DNA from: Lama guanicoe
Taxonomy: Eukaryota
Length of the DNA stretch: 64,000 nucleotides
NCBI GenBank assembly: GCA_013239625.1
Contig: MU054187.1
Location: forward strand, 11,669,893 to 11,733,892
Direction of reading: 5' to 3'
Within the stretch, counting starts at the first letter, position 1; every line of letters begins with the position of its first letter. The notes beneath the pieces are model-generated. The model was not told the DNA's origin and did not search any database. It saw only the letters and a list, made by a program, of their open reading frames with translations. The translations under genes and the position numbers were made by a program. This document shows, piece by piece, positions 50,676-64,000 of the stretch.

Positions 50676-53004
50676 ATGAGACCATAATAGTAAGTGAATG
50701 AGTCTACATGTATATAGTACTGCTAATCCCATATTTGATGACTCTGATTTTAAATTCTTGACTACTGAAGAGGGGTACAAAAAGGACACTATCCCCTTTA
50801 AATTGCTTGTGTCTATTTGTCAGGACACATGAACTGTTAATGAAACAGAGCAAGAGATTTATGGGCAAGTGCGCCCACTGTGAGCATGTAAGCATGTGTG
50901 TGTGGGGTGTGTGTGTGTGTGTATGAAAGACTGCAGACACTTTCCAAAATGGACACTTCCCAAAAATCACTGGAAAACTGGTTTTAAAGCCTCCTCAGTA
51001 CCATGTATTTCCTGGATTTATTCACAAATATTCTTACTATTTGCTTTATTAAACAACCAAAAACAATTAAATGTAAAATTAGGAAAGCTGACTGCACCTA
51101 ACCATAAGCTAACTTCTGTTTGCGGTATAAGGAGAAGTGTGGAAATAGAAACAGTGAAAGTCATGAGGACCCATCTGGCAAAAGAATAACCTACAGGTCT
51201 CAGTGCTGAGGGAGAAAGACTGGCATGGCAAGGCATGGAGTGGTAGAAGCAGCTGGACTTCTTACACTGCCACCTAGCACTGTTTCCATGCATTTGTGAA
51301 GGGAGCACCCCATCTGTGGCAGGGCAAGCAATAAAGCAGACTACTCCAGACTTTGAGTCTGCCATAAAATGCAATAATCACCTCTGATGAATGTTCACCA
51401 TTTATATATGCAAACCATAAGTTCTCTATATCAACTGAAAAGGTGTGGCAGGTAGATAGGTTGGGGAGTCTTCAGAGAGACACACAAAGAAGAGAGAGAC
51501 AGACAGACAAGAGAGACACAGAGACAGAAGAGACAGAGGCAAAAAAGAGAGATACAGAAGGAGAGAGAGCATCTGAGGAGTAGGTACCCCAGATTAAACC
51601 AGAGAAGGGGAAGAACGAAGCTCTGCATTTCAGGATTACAATGGCTCAGCGTAAGTTTGTGATGATCAGCCTTAATTTTGACACATCTAGTGGAGTCCAG
51701 TATTGTGTTTTATTTCTTTTAAACCTAAATGTAGGTTTTTCTTTCATAGGCAGAGATATGGAAAACCATCTTAAAACACATGCCCAAACTTCATGATAAG
51801 TTTATCACCTTTTCTCCAAGAAGAGCCACAGTGACTGGCCACATGCCACAGTGCCCATCTGTTAGCTTGAAGGGTCCCCCTGAGGATCGCCTGTGCTATT
51901 GTTCACCTGGGCTGCGTTAACCAGTTTCCCTGATCTGGCCAGTCAAGTGTCTGTTTTAGTGTGTCCTCTGGTGCCCAGACAGCCATCTAGTAGGGTCACT
52001 TTTCAGGATGACATAGATAAGACTTAAAGCTTGATCCAATTTCTAGTGATTGAGTATCTCCTTTAGAAACACGGGGATCAGCACGAGTTTTGATAAATAT
52101 ACATCAAGCAAACACACTTTGCCACAGTCCTGGCTACCTCTAAATTACTGACTTCTTAATGGCATTTGTGCTGATTCTCTGAGACTGCTTCCCACAGGCC
52201 ATCTCCTCTCCTACCCAAAGGGCTGTGGGGCACACCGAGTTCTCTAGGAAATAAAAGATATGACAATGCCTTTCACATTGACAAAGATTCTCTAATATTT
52301 TAGAAAGAGACCCACATAATATAGATTTTCTGATTTTCTAAAAGAAGACATGACCTACGACTACCTGGTTCCCTTTGAACAAAAGTGTTTACATTTTGTT
52401 GGGTTTGTACACAGGTTCTACTCTTTAGTTGTTAAGAAAAAAGGAACTGGCGCTTGTAAACGTACCTGGGGCTGGTAGGCAGTGTGCACAGAGCATGGAG
52501 GAAAGATGAGCAGGCATGAGATGAAAGATCACATTTCCCAGTTGACACCATTCAAATCATCTGACCAAAACAGAGCCACTGGAGAGCCTGAGTTTAAAAA
52601 CACAACAAAGCCTGGGATTCTTCACCCCAGCTGTACTGTCTGCCCTGGGCTGACTCGTGGGTCATCGCTGGGTCAGCATGGCCAACAGGACATGGTGGAC
52701 AAGGGTTTTAAACAAGATATGGTCCCATGTGCCACTGTCTATTTGCTCTTTATTGAATTGTCAGGTGCACAACTCCCTTTCAATCTTTTATCTCTGTTCA
52801 TTTCTTTGCCTTTTTACCTGTGATCCCCAAACTCAAAGCCCCAGGGACACAAGGACACGGAGTTGGCAGAGTAGAGTGAAGGTCAGTGGGGTGGAGACAC
52901 CCCAGTGCTCTCTTTCCCTGTGTTCTCGGCAAACAAATTCAAAAAGCATTGACCCAGGGATCCAACTTGGTCTTTTGAATCTGAAAAAAAAGTCAATAAA
53001 GATG

Positions 53005-53190
53005 ACAGGCTCTGGAGTCAAAATGCCCGGTTCAACTTCCAGCTGGTTCATATACTTACTAACTGGGTGACCTTAGAAAAGTTACTATCAAGTCTCTAAA
53101 GACTTGCTATGCCCATCTGTAAAGTGGGGTTAATAATAAAGCCCTTGGGAGAGGATTAAGTGAGGTAATATGTAAGTGTTCAGCATCACT
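53005..53190 (+). mobile_element. MIR SINE
   Basis: AGGCTCTGGAGTCA...TACTAACTGGGTGACCTT...CATCTGTAAAGTGGGGTTAATAATA, the MIR core. Confidence 0.65.
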
Positions 53191-56100
53191 ACTTACCAGT
53201 CAAGAGAGAAAAGAGAGGGAGAGGGAGGGGAACAGGTAACAGTGAGGGAGTGTGAGAGAAAATTGGTGCATTCCAAATTGCTTTTAAATATAATTTTGTT
53301 AAATAAATTCAATTTCTCACTTATTCTGTGATAAATTCAGAGAGGCATTTTGTGTAAAAATATACAGATGCGATATAAACACACTCAAATCTAACTTTGA
53401 AAAGCACATAATGTAAAATAGCTGTGATAAAATATACGTATTTACTAAACTCCAACCAGCATCTATGCCAATAACCAAGTAGGGGTGGGGAAACATCCAC
53501 ATGCTTTAAATTAGTGGTTTTTACAACATTTTTAACTATGGCCCACCAAAAATACACTGTATGATGAACAAATAAGGTTTTTAAAGCCTGAAACTAAAGT
53601 TTCACGAAACCATCACTACACTCGTTAAATGTTTTATTTTAAAATGCTCTGTTCTATTTTGACATCTTCTATAGTTTCATTTTGGAAAATGCGTTTATGA
53701 CCCAGTAAACTGATATCATGATCCACCAATCATAATTTGTGATGTGCATATTTTTCAACTTTAATCCATATTTTCAAAATGATTAGCCTTGACGTGGCCT
53801 GAACAAAAACAAGCCTCACTTGTAAAATAAAGCACTTCAAGTATTACTGACGTCTACACCAGAGAGTTCAAGGGATGCAAAGAAATCGTATTTCACTGAT
53901 GAAGTAAGAATTGTTTAATGTAAGTGATGTGTTAGGATGATCTGTCCGTCCATCAGGCTGGCGGGTTCAGATCCCCATTAGCCCTGTGTCCCTCTACTTC
54001 AAGGATGACTTTTTCACCCGACCCATTGTAGGGTAAGCCCTGCATTTGGCTTTCCTCTTTATAATGCAAGTTCCTGACTTCAGATTTGATTGTCCAGGCA
54101 TCCACGTCAGAGGTATCCACTTCCAAGATGGCGATCTTCAACTCACTGCCAGTCTCTGGACTAGATAAAGAGCCAGCCCTCCCTCCCAAACACTCCAAAT
54201 TTGCCTAGGTCAGTTAACTAGAGCTATGTTACTCACAACATTCTGCTGAGAAACTCAGAATGGCTTCTCTTAATTTCAATGGCCTATACCCTCTTCTGAT
54301 AAAAGATTTTTTTTTCCTTTTGGAGAGTTGAGTTCTGCTCTTCCTAGTCCATTTGGTTGGAATGTCCTGACCCCACTCCCAGCTTCAGGCCTGTGTATGA
54401 ATACTGGAACACTTTACTCTGCCAGGTCCAATTAGAGGCAAGCATTGATTTTTGCTAGAACAATTAGAGACCAACAGCTCTGAAATCACAAGCACTAAGG
54501 GCATAACTCTCCTGGGTCTCAGAGGAAAGGACAGGAGAGGAAAGAGGAAAGGGAGAGTTTGATTTCTAATGTTCTTTCACGTAGCTTTTTTGGCTCAGTG
54601 GGACCTAGTGCCAATTTTCCTTTTAAACTTCTTAGTTTTGTGAGCCCATAAAAATCCCACCTTTTACATTTTAAGCTAAACTTGAGTTGTGTTTCTATTG
54701 GGGGAAACCGAAAGAGTACGAATGCACCCCTCCTGTCCTCCACTCCCTAAGGCTTACAGAGTTACCTTCCAACTGGACATGACAGCCCTGTCCCTGCACA
54801 GGCTGGGTTAGGGCCACTCAACAACTGTCTCCCACAAGTGCTGTGACCTCCATCTCAGTGTGCTCAGCATGGCTTGAAAAACCCAGAAGTGTTGAAACCT
54901 TGATCAGGACATGGCTCTTCCCTGGGATGTGTTCCTGTGCAAATTCTACTTGTTCTCAAAGTCCCTGCAGGAAATTCATCTTTTTGAAAATCTCAACTAT
55001 CCCTCCTTTAGGGAGCACCTCAGAGCTCCCTCCTTAAACGCTGTGAGGCTTTTAAATGACTGTGACATAGCACATGTCATATACAAAAAGATGCATATAG
55101 AAAACTGTATAATATGCATATAAATATATGTTAAATTTAAATAAAGTTTAAACATGTGTTAACTTTTCTAAGAACACATTTACAGCAGTATGTTTTAGAT
55201 AGTTGCAAATGTGTATAGTCATCCCATACATTTTTTTTTGTAAAAAAAAATTCACAAAAATATTCAAGGAAGAATTTATGTGTTTAGATAAGTGGAAATA
55301 GGTTATTCTCTTTTCCTGAACATTCTTTCAATTTTTATTTACTTTTGAAACAGAGTGGTCGATAAACTTCTGTTCTTTCATTCCCTTCCCCTTTTCTGCC
55401 TGCTTTCCTTCCTTCTTTTTCTTTTCCTTTTGAACCTCCCTCCTTCTTTGAATTTTATTGCTGGCAAATAGTTATTCAAGTAGGTTTTCTTCTTTCTCAT
55501 AAACATGTCTTTGAGTGTTCTCTTCACTGAGGATCAGTCATATAACCAGACAGAATAAACAGACATGGTTCTGACTGGTTCTTCATGCATCAGAATGGGA
55601 CCACAGCTACACTGCCCAGGTGGCTACAGCAGGCCCCCAAAGGAGACGTGTGATGGGCGTAGCAGCCAAATATTTTTTCTAAGATACTAGATGTGGTTCA
55701 TGTACCCATTATGGGAAAGCATTTACCTAACAAAGTTAGTGACTAAGAAAATAATTAGCAGATGTTTACTTGCTTTGGAATTAGCTCAGTGTTCTAGTCC
55801 ACACAAATTATGAACATGTACACAGAAGTTCACACACTCTCTCCATGAACTTTCAGCTCTAGTCAGTATTAGAATTTCCTATCTCCATTTCCAGTCTAGT
55901 TCAGCATGCTGTCTTTGAAGTCTGGAGTTCTGGCCAAAGCCTCAGTGATTATCTGCCTCACTGATACCTGGGCATCATTGGATGTCTCACTGCTGAGGTC
56001 CAGTCTCCTGCTGGGATCCCCACAGCCCCATTTAGAGCCCCTCCAGCCATGCTACTGCCCTGAGGAGGCTGTACCCTTTGTACACTGTCTTAAGTCACTT

Positions 56101-57351
56101 CTCGGAATCTCTGAAGTCAGCAGGCAGAGGCTGTGGGCACTTCCCCCAACACCTCATCTGTTTGGCCCAACAGGGTATACTCTGGGTCATTCTCACTTAC
56201 TCTGCCACATCTGTCCTGTCTCGGTGTGTAAAAAAAAAAAAAAATCACACATCTTATTAATGTCCCTAGAGACAAGATACCCAGTTACTTAAACAGTATC
56301 AGATACACATTAGTTACCCCAAAGAAATGTTTTTGGTAAACAAATGAATTTCATCAGAAAGTTCTGGACAAGTCTGGCATTACCAAAGATGAGAATATCC
56401 AGTGGTAGAAGATGACAGCACCATCAAAGGTGATATTTGGGTTCTTTAATGTCGAGCACATATTAACATAATCTTTATGCATATATAGCCAGGACAAGAA
56501 TACAATATTAATTCTGAATATGTAAGATCATTCAATTTTACCATGAGTGCCTTTTAGAAACTATTAACACATGTAAGTGTCCAAATTTATGCCATCCATT
56601 AGTAAGTCTCCGAAAATGTGACTCTGGGTCTCTATCTATATCCCTGATCTTACTCTCTTTCCACAGATGAATGGCAATTAAATAAATCTTGGTGCCTCAT
56701 GTTGGTCTTTTAAATAATAAAACATTATTTCCACAAATAACAGTGGAATTTACCTGCTTCAGATCAAAAAGGAATACCAGAATAATTCTGAAAGGAGTGT
56801 GGGGAGAAAGTCCAATCATGAGGTCATTTTACCCACTTGGCTAACATCAAGCGGAGCCACTCATCCTTCTGTTCTTTATAACTCACGTCAGAGCTGAAGT
56901 TGGTCCAGCATGCCAGCAGAGTGCTGCTCACAGCTTAGAATGCAGTGTGGGCAGTTCAAAGCCTGCCAAAGTCTATTTATAATCCATACAAAGGCCTGTC
57001 TCATTCTCAGTGGATTTGCAAATTCAAACACCGTATAATACTGCAAAGGTTGTCAATTCTCTCACTAAGCTGTTTTCATGATTACTCTTCTAATTCTTTT
57101 TTTTCACAATAAGCAGAAAAATGTAGCACTTCTTCTGGATGAAGCAAAGGTAAATGAGAATGAGCCCTGCAAGCCGGGCCAGGTTTTGAACGACCTTAAA
57201 CACCAAAGTAATGCAGGTAGAACCTAAACTCTAGGGCCAAAGCAGATCTATGGAAGACTCAACTGCTGATGATATGCAAGATGGATTATGGTTGGGATAA
57301 CACTTAAAAAAATAATTCAGGAAAAAATGACAGTCTGAATTAAGTGAGAAG

Positions 57352-57550
57352 TAAAAAAAAAAAAGAAAAAGGGGAGGGGAGGAGGAAGAGAGGGAGAAGA
57401 AGGAGGAGGAGGAGAAGAATGAGAAGAAGGAGAAGGAAAAAGAAGGAGGAGGAGAAGGAGGAGGAGAAGAAGAAGAAGAAGGAGGAGGAGGAGGAGGAGG
57501 ACGAAGAAGACGAAGAAGCGAAGAAGAAGACGAAGACGAAGAAGAAGAGT
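57352..57550. repeat. Polypurine (GAA/GGA/GAC)n simple repeat
   Basis: Direct reading; it accounts for the poly-E/K/S ORFs at 57231-57724. Confidence 0.95.
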
Positions 57551-60500
57551 TTAAAAACAAAGAGGAAGACTTGGTTCTTTGTCATTTCTTCAGTCATCAA
57601 CACCAGCACAAGGTTTTCTCTACTTCTTCCTAGACCTGTTCATATATATGTTCATATATATTTATTTAGTTGGAACATTAGTGGACTAGTTTTAGAAAAT
57701 ACCTTGATTATTAAAAAAAATTAGATGTCTATAAACAGAAAGCAGTGTATGAAATTCTGCTATGAAGGAAGATGTCAATTTAAGAAACAGAATGTTACCT
57801 GGTCTTGTTTGTGACTGTTGAAAGTATTTATATGAAAATATTTATATGCAAATGAGTTAAATCAATTATCTTAATAGTTCTAAGATAACTGCATTTCTCA
57901 TATAATTGACCTTACTAGCTCATCTCTACTCCAAAACTGCCCACCTCCTTTGCCACTTTCTCTTTGTAGACATAGCTTTAGTCACAGTTTTCAGAACTAA
58001 ATAGTTCTTTAAGTAGTCTAATTTCTAATCTGATACTCAAAAGCCATTCCCTATAATGAGCAGAAATGAAGGGAAAATAAAATATACAAAACAAAGTTAC
58101 AAGGCAACAAAAACCCAGGTTATACTGGGAGATTCTCAGCATCACTAGATGGTATCTCCAATGTGGGCTAAACTAGATCATTCTGAAAAGATGTCTCATT
58201 ACATGTCAATGCTAGTGAAACCAAGTGAGGTTTTAATATCCTGACCACCTTTTATGTGCCAGGCTTTGTGCTAAAGGCAGGTGATTTAGTATTTACTTCA
58301 ATGACAAACAAGTAGTTTACCTTTATGGATTTTTTACAGTTTAATAAAGCGGAATAACAATTAACCAAGGAATCACACTATGATGAGACAGAGGATACCT
58401 CATAGCAGTGCCACTAAGTAACAATAAGTGTTTTGTCTTTCTGGTGTAATTTTGTACTCCTTTCCTCATAAACAACAAAAATAACAAATGACAGGATTTA
58501 TCCTGCCAATATGAAGGAAATCGACTGGCAATTCATGAATGTTTGGGCTAAAAAACGCAACCCATCAACTGGTGAGAATAATATGCTCAGTATCTTGATA
58601 TTTAATGGCTAAAAAATTCAATAGAAAACTTTTTAGTAGATAATTTTAAAATCCAGATTCCTAGATGCATGAGAGAAAAATAAACAAGTATCCATGGAGT
58701 TGAAATAAAATGGAAAAGAGACGACAGGACCGTTTTCTTTCTTCATCTGGCTTCATGGAGTTTATATTGCTCCCTACACTGAAATCCAAAGTATTTATAG
58801 ACTATGTTTGTTAGTTGCCAGATTCCTGGAATAATTGTGTTTTATCTTCTCCTGAGGCTTTCATTATAGCTAAGCACAAGCTGATGAATTCCAAGAAATA
58901 CCAGACAAATATTCTACCCTGGATCCTCAGCTGATTATTCTCACTTCTGGCTCATTTCCATTTATTAAAATTCAAGTTTTGGGGACTACAATTTGTCTGT
59001 GGACTTTTTTGCTTTCATTAACAAAGTAGATATATGTGTGGCAAGAACTGAAATTCTGAGTCTCTTAAGGATGGAGAAGATATTCCTTGTTACTGCATCC
59101 TTACTGAGCCATCAGTTGTCACTTTGATATTCTTAAGCAAGTGGCTTTTTGGAATAGAATGAGATGTTAAGTAGATCAGGGTTTTTGCTTGTTATTTATT
59201 AACCAAGTTCCTAAAATACATCTTATTATGGCATTCTACTAAGAATCTCTGAGCTGTTTTTTTTTAATTTAAGCAAATCTAAAATTAAAGAATTATATTA
59301 ATAACAAGTATGTGAAACACTGCTGAATTGTTCTTATATCTGTTTGTAGCATACAGAGACTCACGGGCAGCAATTAAATATAGGAAGACACAAATACAGA
59401 GGCAGGAATCCCAAGCACCTTATTAGATGAAGCTCTAATATTCTCACATTTCTCTCTCTAATGTGCTAATGGGAGAGAGAGAGTCTCTGACATCTCATTC
59501 CATGAAGGTATTGTCTGTGTTTAACAGAGACAGTCCTCCGAAAGTAATGTTTCAGCTGTACCTCCAAGCTGGAAAGCACTTTTGACAAAATAAGAGCAGT
59601 ATTGGATTTCAACAACTCGGAGGTGAAATTTTATCTTTCACATTTTAACAATGTTGATATTGGGATGAATTTTCAGTTTATAAAAAGTCATCCTCTAATT
59701 GGAAGTTTATAAAAAGTCATCCTCTAATTTTCCTTTCTTAGTGGTGTATTGACCACAGTAATCCATCTTTGAATTGATGGCACCTTACAATGAATGAAAT
59801 ACAATTGCTCTCAACCTGTAGGGACTTCAGATATGAAAGCAAAAAAAAAAAAAAAAAATAGAAATACAGTAGGTCAAATGAAAGCCCTGTGGATTTCCTC
59901 TGAATAAAGATGCAGTAGAACAGTTACTCTGCCCACACGTGCGGCTGATTCTAGACACACACTGACCTTTCTAGTGCACCTGCACAAAGGTAGCCCTGTC
60001 TCCTATAACAGCACCTTAGAATATCAATGCCCAGGTCTCGTTTTCATAAATAATGCAGGCACTAGGACTACTTTACCTTGACTGCTTATTCTCCATTCTC
60101 CAAAGCTTATAGCTTATACCCAGATGATGTAACCTTACCATTTGCATTAATTCATGGATTTGAAACCGACCCTCTACAGCTTCCCTGGGGTAGTTAATTT
60201 CATTTGTATGCATATAAATAGCCAAGGCTGACATAAAAATTAATGAACTATTTACTTTAGGAGCCTATGCCTAGCTCCTAAAAAGCAAGCAAATGCTTAA
60301 GTTTATTAAAATACAATTAAAGCTATAAAGCCTTAAATACTGGAGATACTGTCAAAAATGGGTGGTTTTTAAGTTGGAAAAATGTAAACTAAAAGCAAAC
60401 TTAAAATGAGAAGGAATAATTGTGGAGCACTTTTTTCATCTTTTTGATCATTCCCACCAAAATATAGTCTGATTCTGGTACCACCATAGAGTTCAGGAGG

Positions 60501-62895
60501 CAGTCTAGTGTTAACTCAAACCAATCAGGAACAATGGTGGTTCAAAGGGTCTGGGGTTTAGGCTAGAGATGAACAAACTTTTTAAGACTGCCTTCAATGA
60601 GTGACTATGCCTGTCACCATTTTTATAGTCCTGAGTATTACTGCCTTGTAGTATGAGCATTTTTACATGTTTTATATGTTTCGATGATAAATTCCTCAAA
60701 AACAAGAACTGTCTAATTTGACCATGTCTGTTTGAAATACTTTCCAGTAGATGTCACTGCCAACACCCCATATGAATTAACCTTGGATTTGCCAATCTTC
60801 CCCACGTTAATTCTGTGGAACTTCTTAACATGCCTTCTACAATATAGCCTTAATTCCAGCTAATTCTTGTCTTGTTGAATGCTCATCTTACCAAGTACAT
60901 CTTGATTTCAGGGTCTAGATTTTGTCCCTAATTTTGAAGTTGCTGAGGTTTCTGTTTTTAAGTTTTTCATTTTTAAGGCATACAATACAGCATAGCTTCC
61001 TCCAGTTTCCATTGCTTTAGAGAACCAAGTTGGCAAGAGCCAAAGTTCAGCACAAAAAAGAGGATATAATTTTCACTGTTTAATTTGACACTGACTATAT
61101 GCATATTAGTCTTTATTATTTAATATCGTACATAAAGATTTTCTATAAGACTATATAAATACCTGTTCTTTTCTTTGGGAGATTTCTTCTAAGTAAAAGA
61201 AGAATGTATAACTGAAAGACTCAATATTAAATAATCTGTTTATACCAACAAATTATATTACTGGCCAAGCTGCCTTTTGGCCCCCTATATGTCTTTGTAT
61301 TTCAAAGTATCAAAACTTAACCAATGTGAGTCATTTAGAGAGCAGCAAAACCCACTAATGAACATAAATGCACTTGATCAAACAAATTAAAAGCAAAAGG
61401 AAAGCTGAGAAATTTAACTGAGGTGCAGAGTATAAAGAGAAGGAGGATGAAGCCTAGGAGATCTGTACTCAACGGTTCTCATTATTCCATGTGAAGAAAC
61501 CTAGGGAGGCCCAAAAGCAAATTATTCTTTCAGCAAAGAACTCCAGCTAGTGACACCTCCTGGTTCACAGACAGGAATGCTTAAAAATACCCACTTTGCA
61601 AAATCCTTTCTTGTTCCACATAAGATCATTCACTGCCTCAAAGTAATTTGCTAAGTGGTGCTGTTTGACCGGACACTTATGGTTTGGCCCTGGGCCAAGG
61701 CAGTTGGCTGTGCCTATCACCTGGAGGCCACTTGAATGTTACAAGAACAGCAGACCTGATGTTTCTGGATTCCTACCACATGGTGCAGCCATAAATGAGC
61801 AGTAGTGAATTAGATGAACACATTTATAGGCTATTTCATTTGGCCATGTTTGTAGAGAGCAGTCACAGAACTATTACATGAGAAAATGCTTAAAAGAGGT
61901 CGTATTTAATGCATGGTATCTATGAAAGCTGGAGTTACTAAAAAACACACAAGCCTAAAATAAATAGAATTTGATTCAAATGCCTTAATATAACACCTTC
62001 GTCTTCTGATCACATATTATATTAGATTTACTGATACGGTTGACATGTGCTGAAAGCTGCTATGCATCTGTTATATCCAATCTCCAATTATATCCAATCT
62101 CCAATATCCTTTTAAGGAAAAGAAAAATATATATAATTTGGAACACAAGTCTGTATATCTAAAAAGCTCATTCGATGATAGTATCAAATGCATCCACAAT
62201 TCAAATGCTCTGTTTCTATTTATAAAAGTTTCAAATGTATTTTACCATTTTAGTAATGTAAAACAATCTGTCAAACTAAGCAGCCAAATGCTGAAACAAA
62301 TCATGAAGGACCTCTTAATCAGAAGATCTTTCTTTTAGAAGTAGTTTCAAAGATTTGACAAGATACATATTTTAAGAAATTTCTCACATGTGCTGATCTC
62401 AAAAAACTCAAGTTCAGATTTAAAGAGAAACAATCTATAATCTATAATGTCAGTAACTGCAGAGCGTTTTCAGATATCCCAGACACAAGTAAGGCAAAGG
62501 CATTAATCAACGAAATATGGGAAATTTTATATTAGTACTTTACTAGTTGATAATTTGAAATTCTTTAAGAAAATGTAACTTTTGAACTTTAAGCATTCAA
62601 TGTAGAACCTAAAATTTGCTATCAAGTATACACTAATATATTACAAGCTTGTTAGCTAACTTTTAATTTCTAGCTACCAAGGAAACCATTTTTTAATTGG
62701 AAAATAATTTGTTAAGAGTACAACGGCATAATACTGACCTGAATTTTTTTTGAGACTAGGAGGCTATGGTCAGCATTAATGACCAAGTCCCAGGGGCCTT
62801 ACTAGGAAAAAATAAATTGTTTACTATTTACCCTTATTAATAGACCTGAGATTTATTCCATCTTTCAGTACAAAAGAATACAAATTGATGAAGGT

Positions 62896-62958
62896 AAGAA
62901 AGAAAGAAAGAAGGAGGGAAAGAGGAAAGAAGGAAGGAAGAAAGGAGGGAAGAAAGGA
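62896..62958. repeat. (GAAA/GGAA)n simple repeat
   Basis: Direct reading. Confidence 0.9.
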
Positions 62959-64000
62959 TTAAAAATAACTGAACATTTAATGAAAAATATTTATATTATA
63001 TATGTTGATTGTTTTCCCTTCTCATATATTCCTCTGTTGCTTCAAATGTTAAGATACAAGCTTTTAGTAGATCTCACTGATTCAAGATCATAATTAAAAG
63101 TAAAACCTTCCCATTTATCAAGATTACAAACTAATCTGTTGAAGAATCAAAATAAATTCATCTCAGTATGTTTGGTACTTGATTCCAGCCATACATTTCA
63201 TGAATCCTTGGCTAAAATAATAACAAAGACAATAATAATGAATGGCAGAGACCATGTATACTCAGCCCAGTGGCTGTATTGGACACTTCCAGTAGTTTTT
63301 ATAACCAACCTTTGGGAGTTCAGTAACTTTTAAAGCATCTACCAAGAAAATCCTCAAGAAAGATAAATTATAAATACTTAAAAAAAAAAGCTATTTTGGA
63401 CTTTTATATGATGGAGATCACTGCATCACAAAAGGGCCAATTCATCTGACTACTCATTCATTTCTAATCGCATTTTAATTGCATCAACTTTAAAACAGTC
63501 TGCTCAGTATTAAAGGACTAGTGAGTGTAAGGAATACAAGTGAATTCACCTTTTTCAAGCAACTCGACATACCAGGCTTGCTGCCTTACGTAAGTTATTC
63601 TATTTACCCCTCAGGAAATCCCTTAGGTAGACAAGAATTATTAACTCTGTTTTTACATATCAGGGGACTAGCTCACACAATTTAGTCATGTGAAAGGGGA
63701 TTCTGTCTATTTCTCAACTCCAGGTTCTCTGTCACCCTCCCCCATTTCTACATATTGTGCCTGGAACTGCCTTGTCACCTTTTGTCACTTGGCTGGCTCC
63801 CCCTCATCCTTGGTGTCTATGATGCTTACCTCCCTCTAAAAGTAACTCTTTGTAACTTGTCTTCCCCAGTGGACTGTGATGTCCTTGGGGACAGGGTTTT
63901 GCCTTTTTTTCCTTTGGGTTCCCAGCCTTGCCAGCAGTGCCTGGCATGTGGTAGACATTCACCAAATGTTAGCAGAATGAACCAAATTCCCTTCCCCATT

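Noticed and set aside
53953..54198. 81-aa minus-strand ORF with protein-like composition
   Set aside because: No recognised homology or splice context; it adjoins LTR-like sequence.
57231..57724. Poly-S/P/F and poly-E/K/R ORFs
   Set aside because: Translations of a simple purine repeat.

Overview
Mammalian genomic DNA, most likely a camelid: it carries two Vic-1-type tRNA-derived SINEs and L1 copies of the kind I recall from camelids. No complete protein-coding gene is supported, and nearly all listed six-frame ORFs are noise from repeats or GC-rich DNA. The first ~22 kb is a minus-strand mosaic of three unrelated gene pieces in the same orientation. (i) An intron-containing fragment of ASB9: four ankyrin-repeat exons at 21123-13999, one with an 18-nt in-frame deletion, the last broken mid-exon, and no SOCS box. 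(ii) Strongly diverged MIA3/TANGO1-like coiled-coil exons at 2192-118 with canonical GT-AG boundaries; three are open and the last is decayed. (iii) An intronless JAKMIP1 C-terminal retro-fragment (~263-726) inside the last visible MIA3-like intron. The exon phases allow these pieces to be spliced in frame, so a lineage-specific ankyrin/coiled-coil chimeric gene is possible, but this is inference only. The middle (~22-36 kb) is GC-rich and contains a ~2.7-kb CpG-rich array of degenerate ~160-170-bp monomers with a recent 236-bp duplication, preceded by a (TGCAGGGG)n tract and followed by a candidate exon ending in ATG|GT. The remainder is AT-rich DNA with L1, LTR, hAT and simple repeats. All homology calls come from manual translation compared with human protein and repeat sequences recalled from memory; no database search was run.
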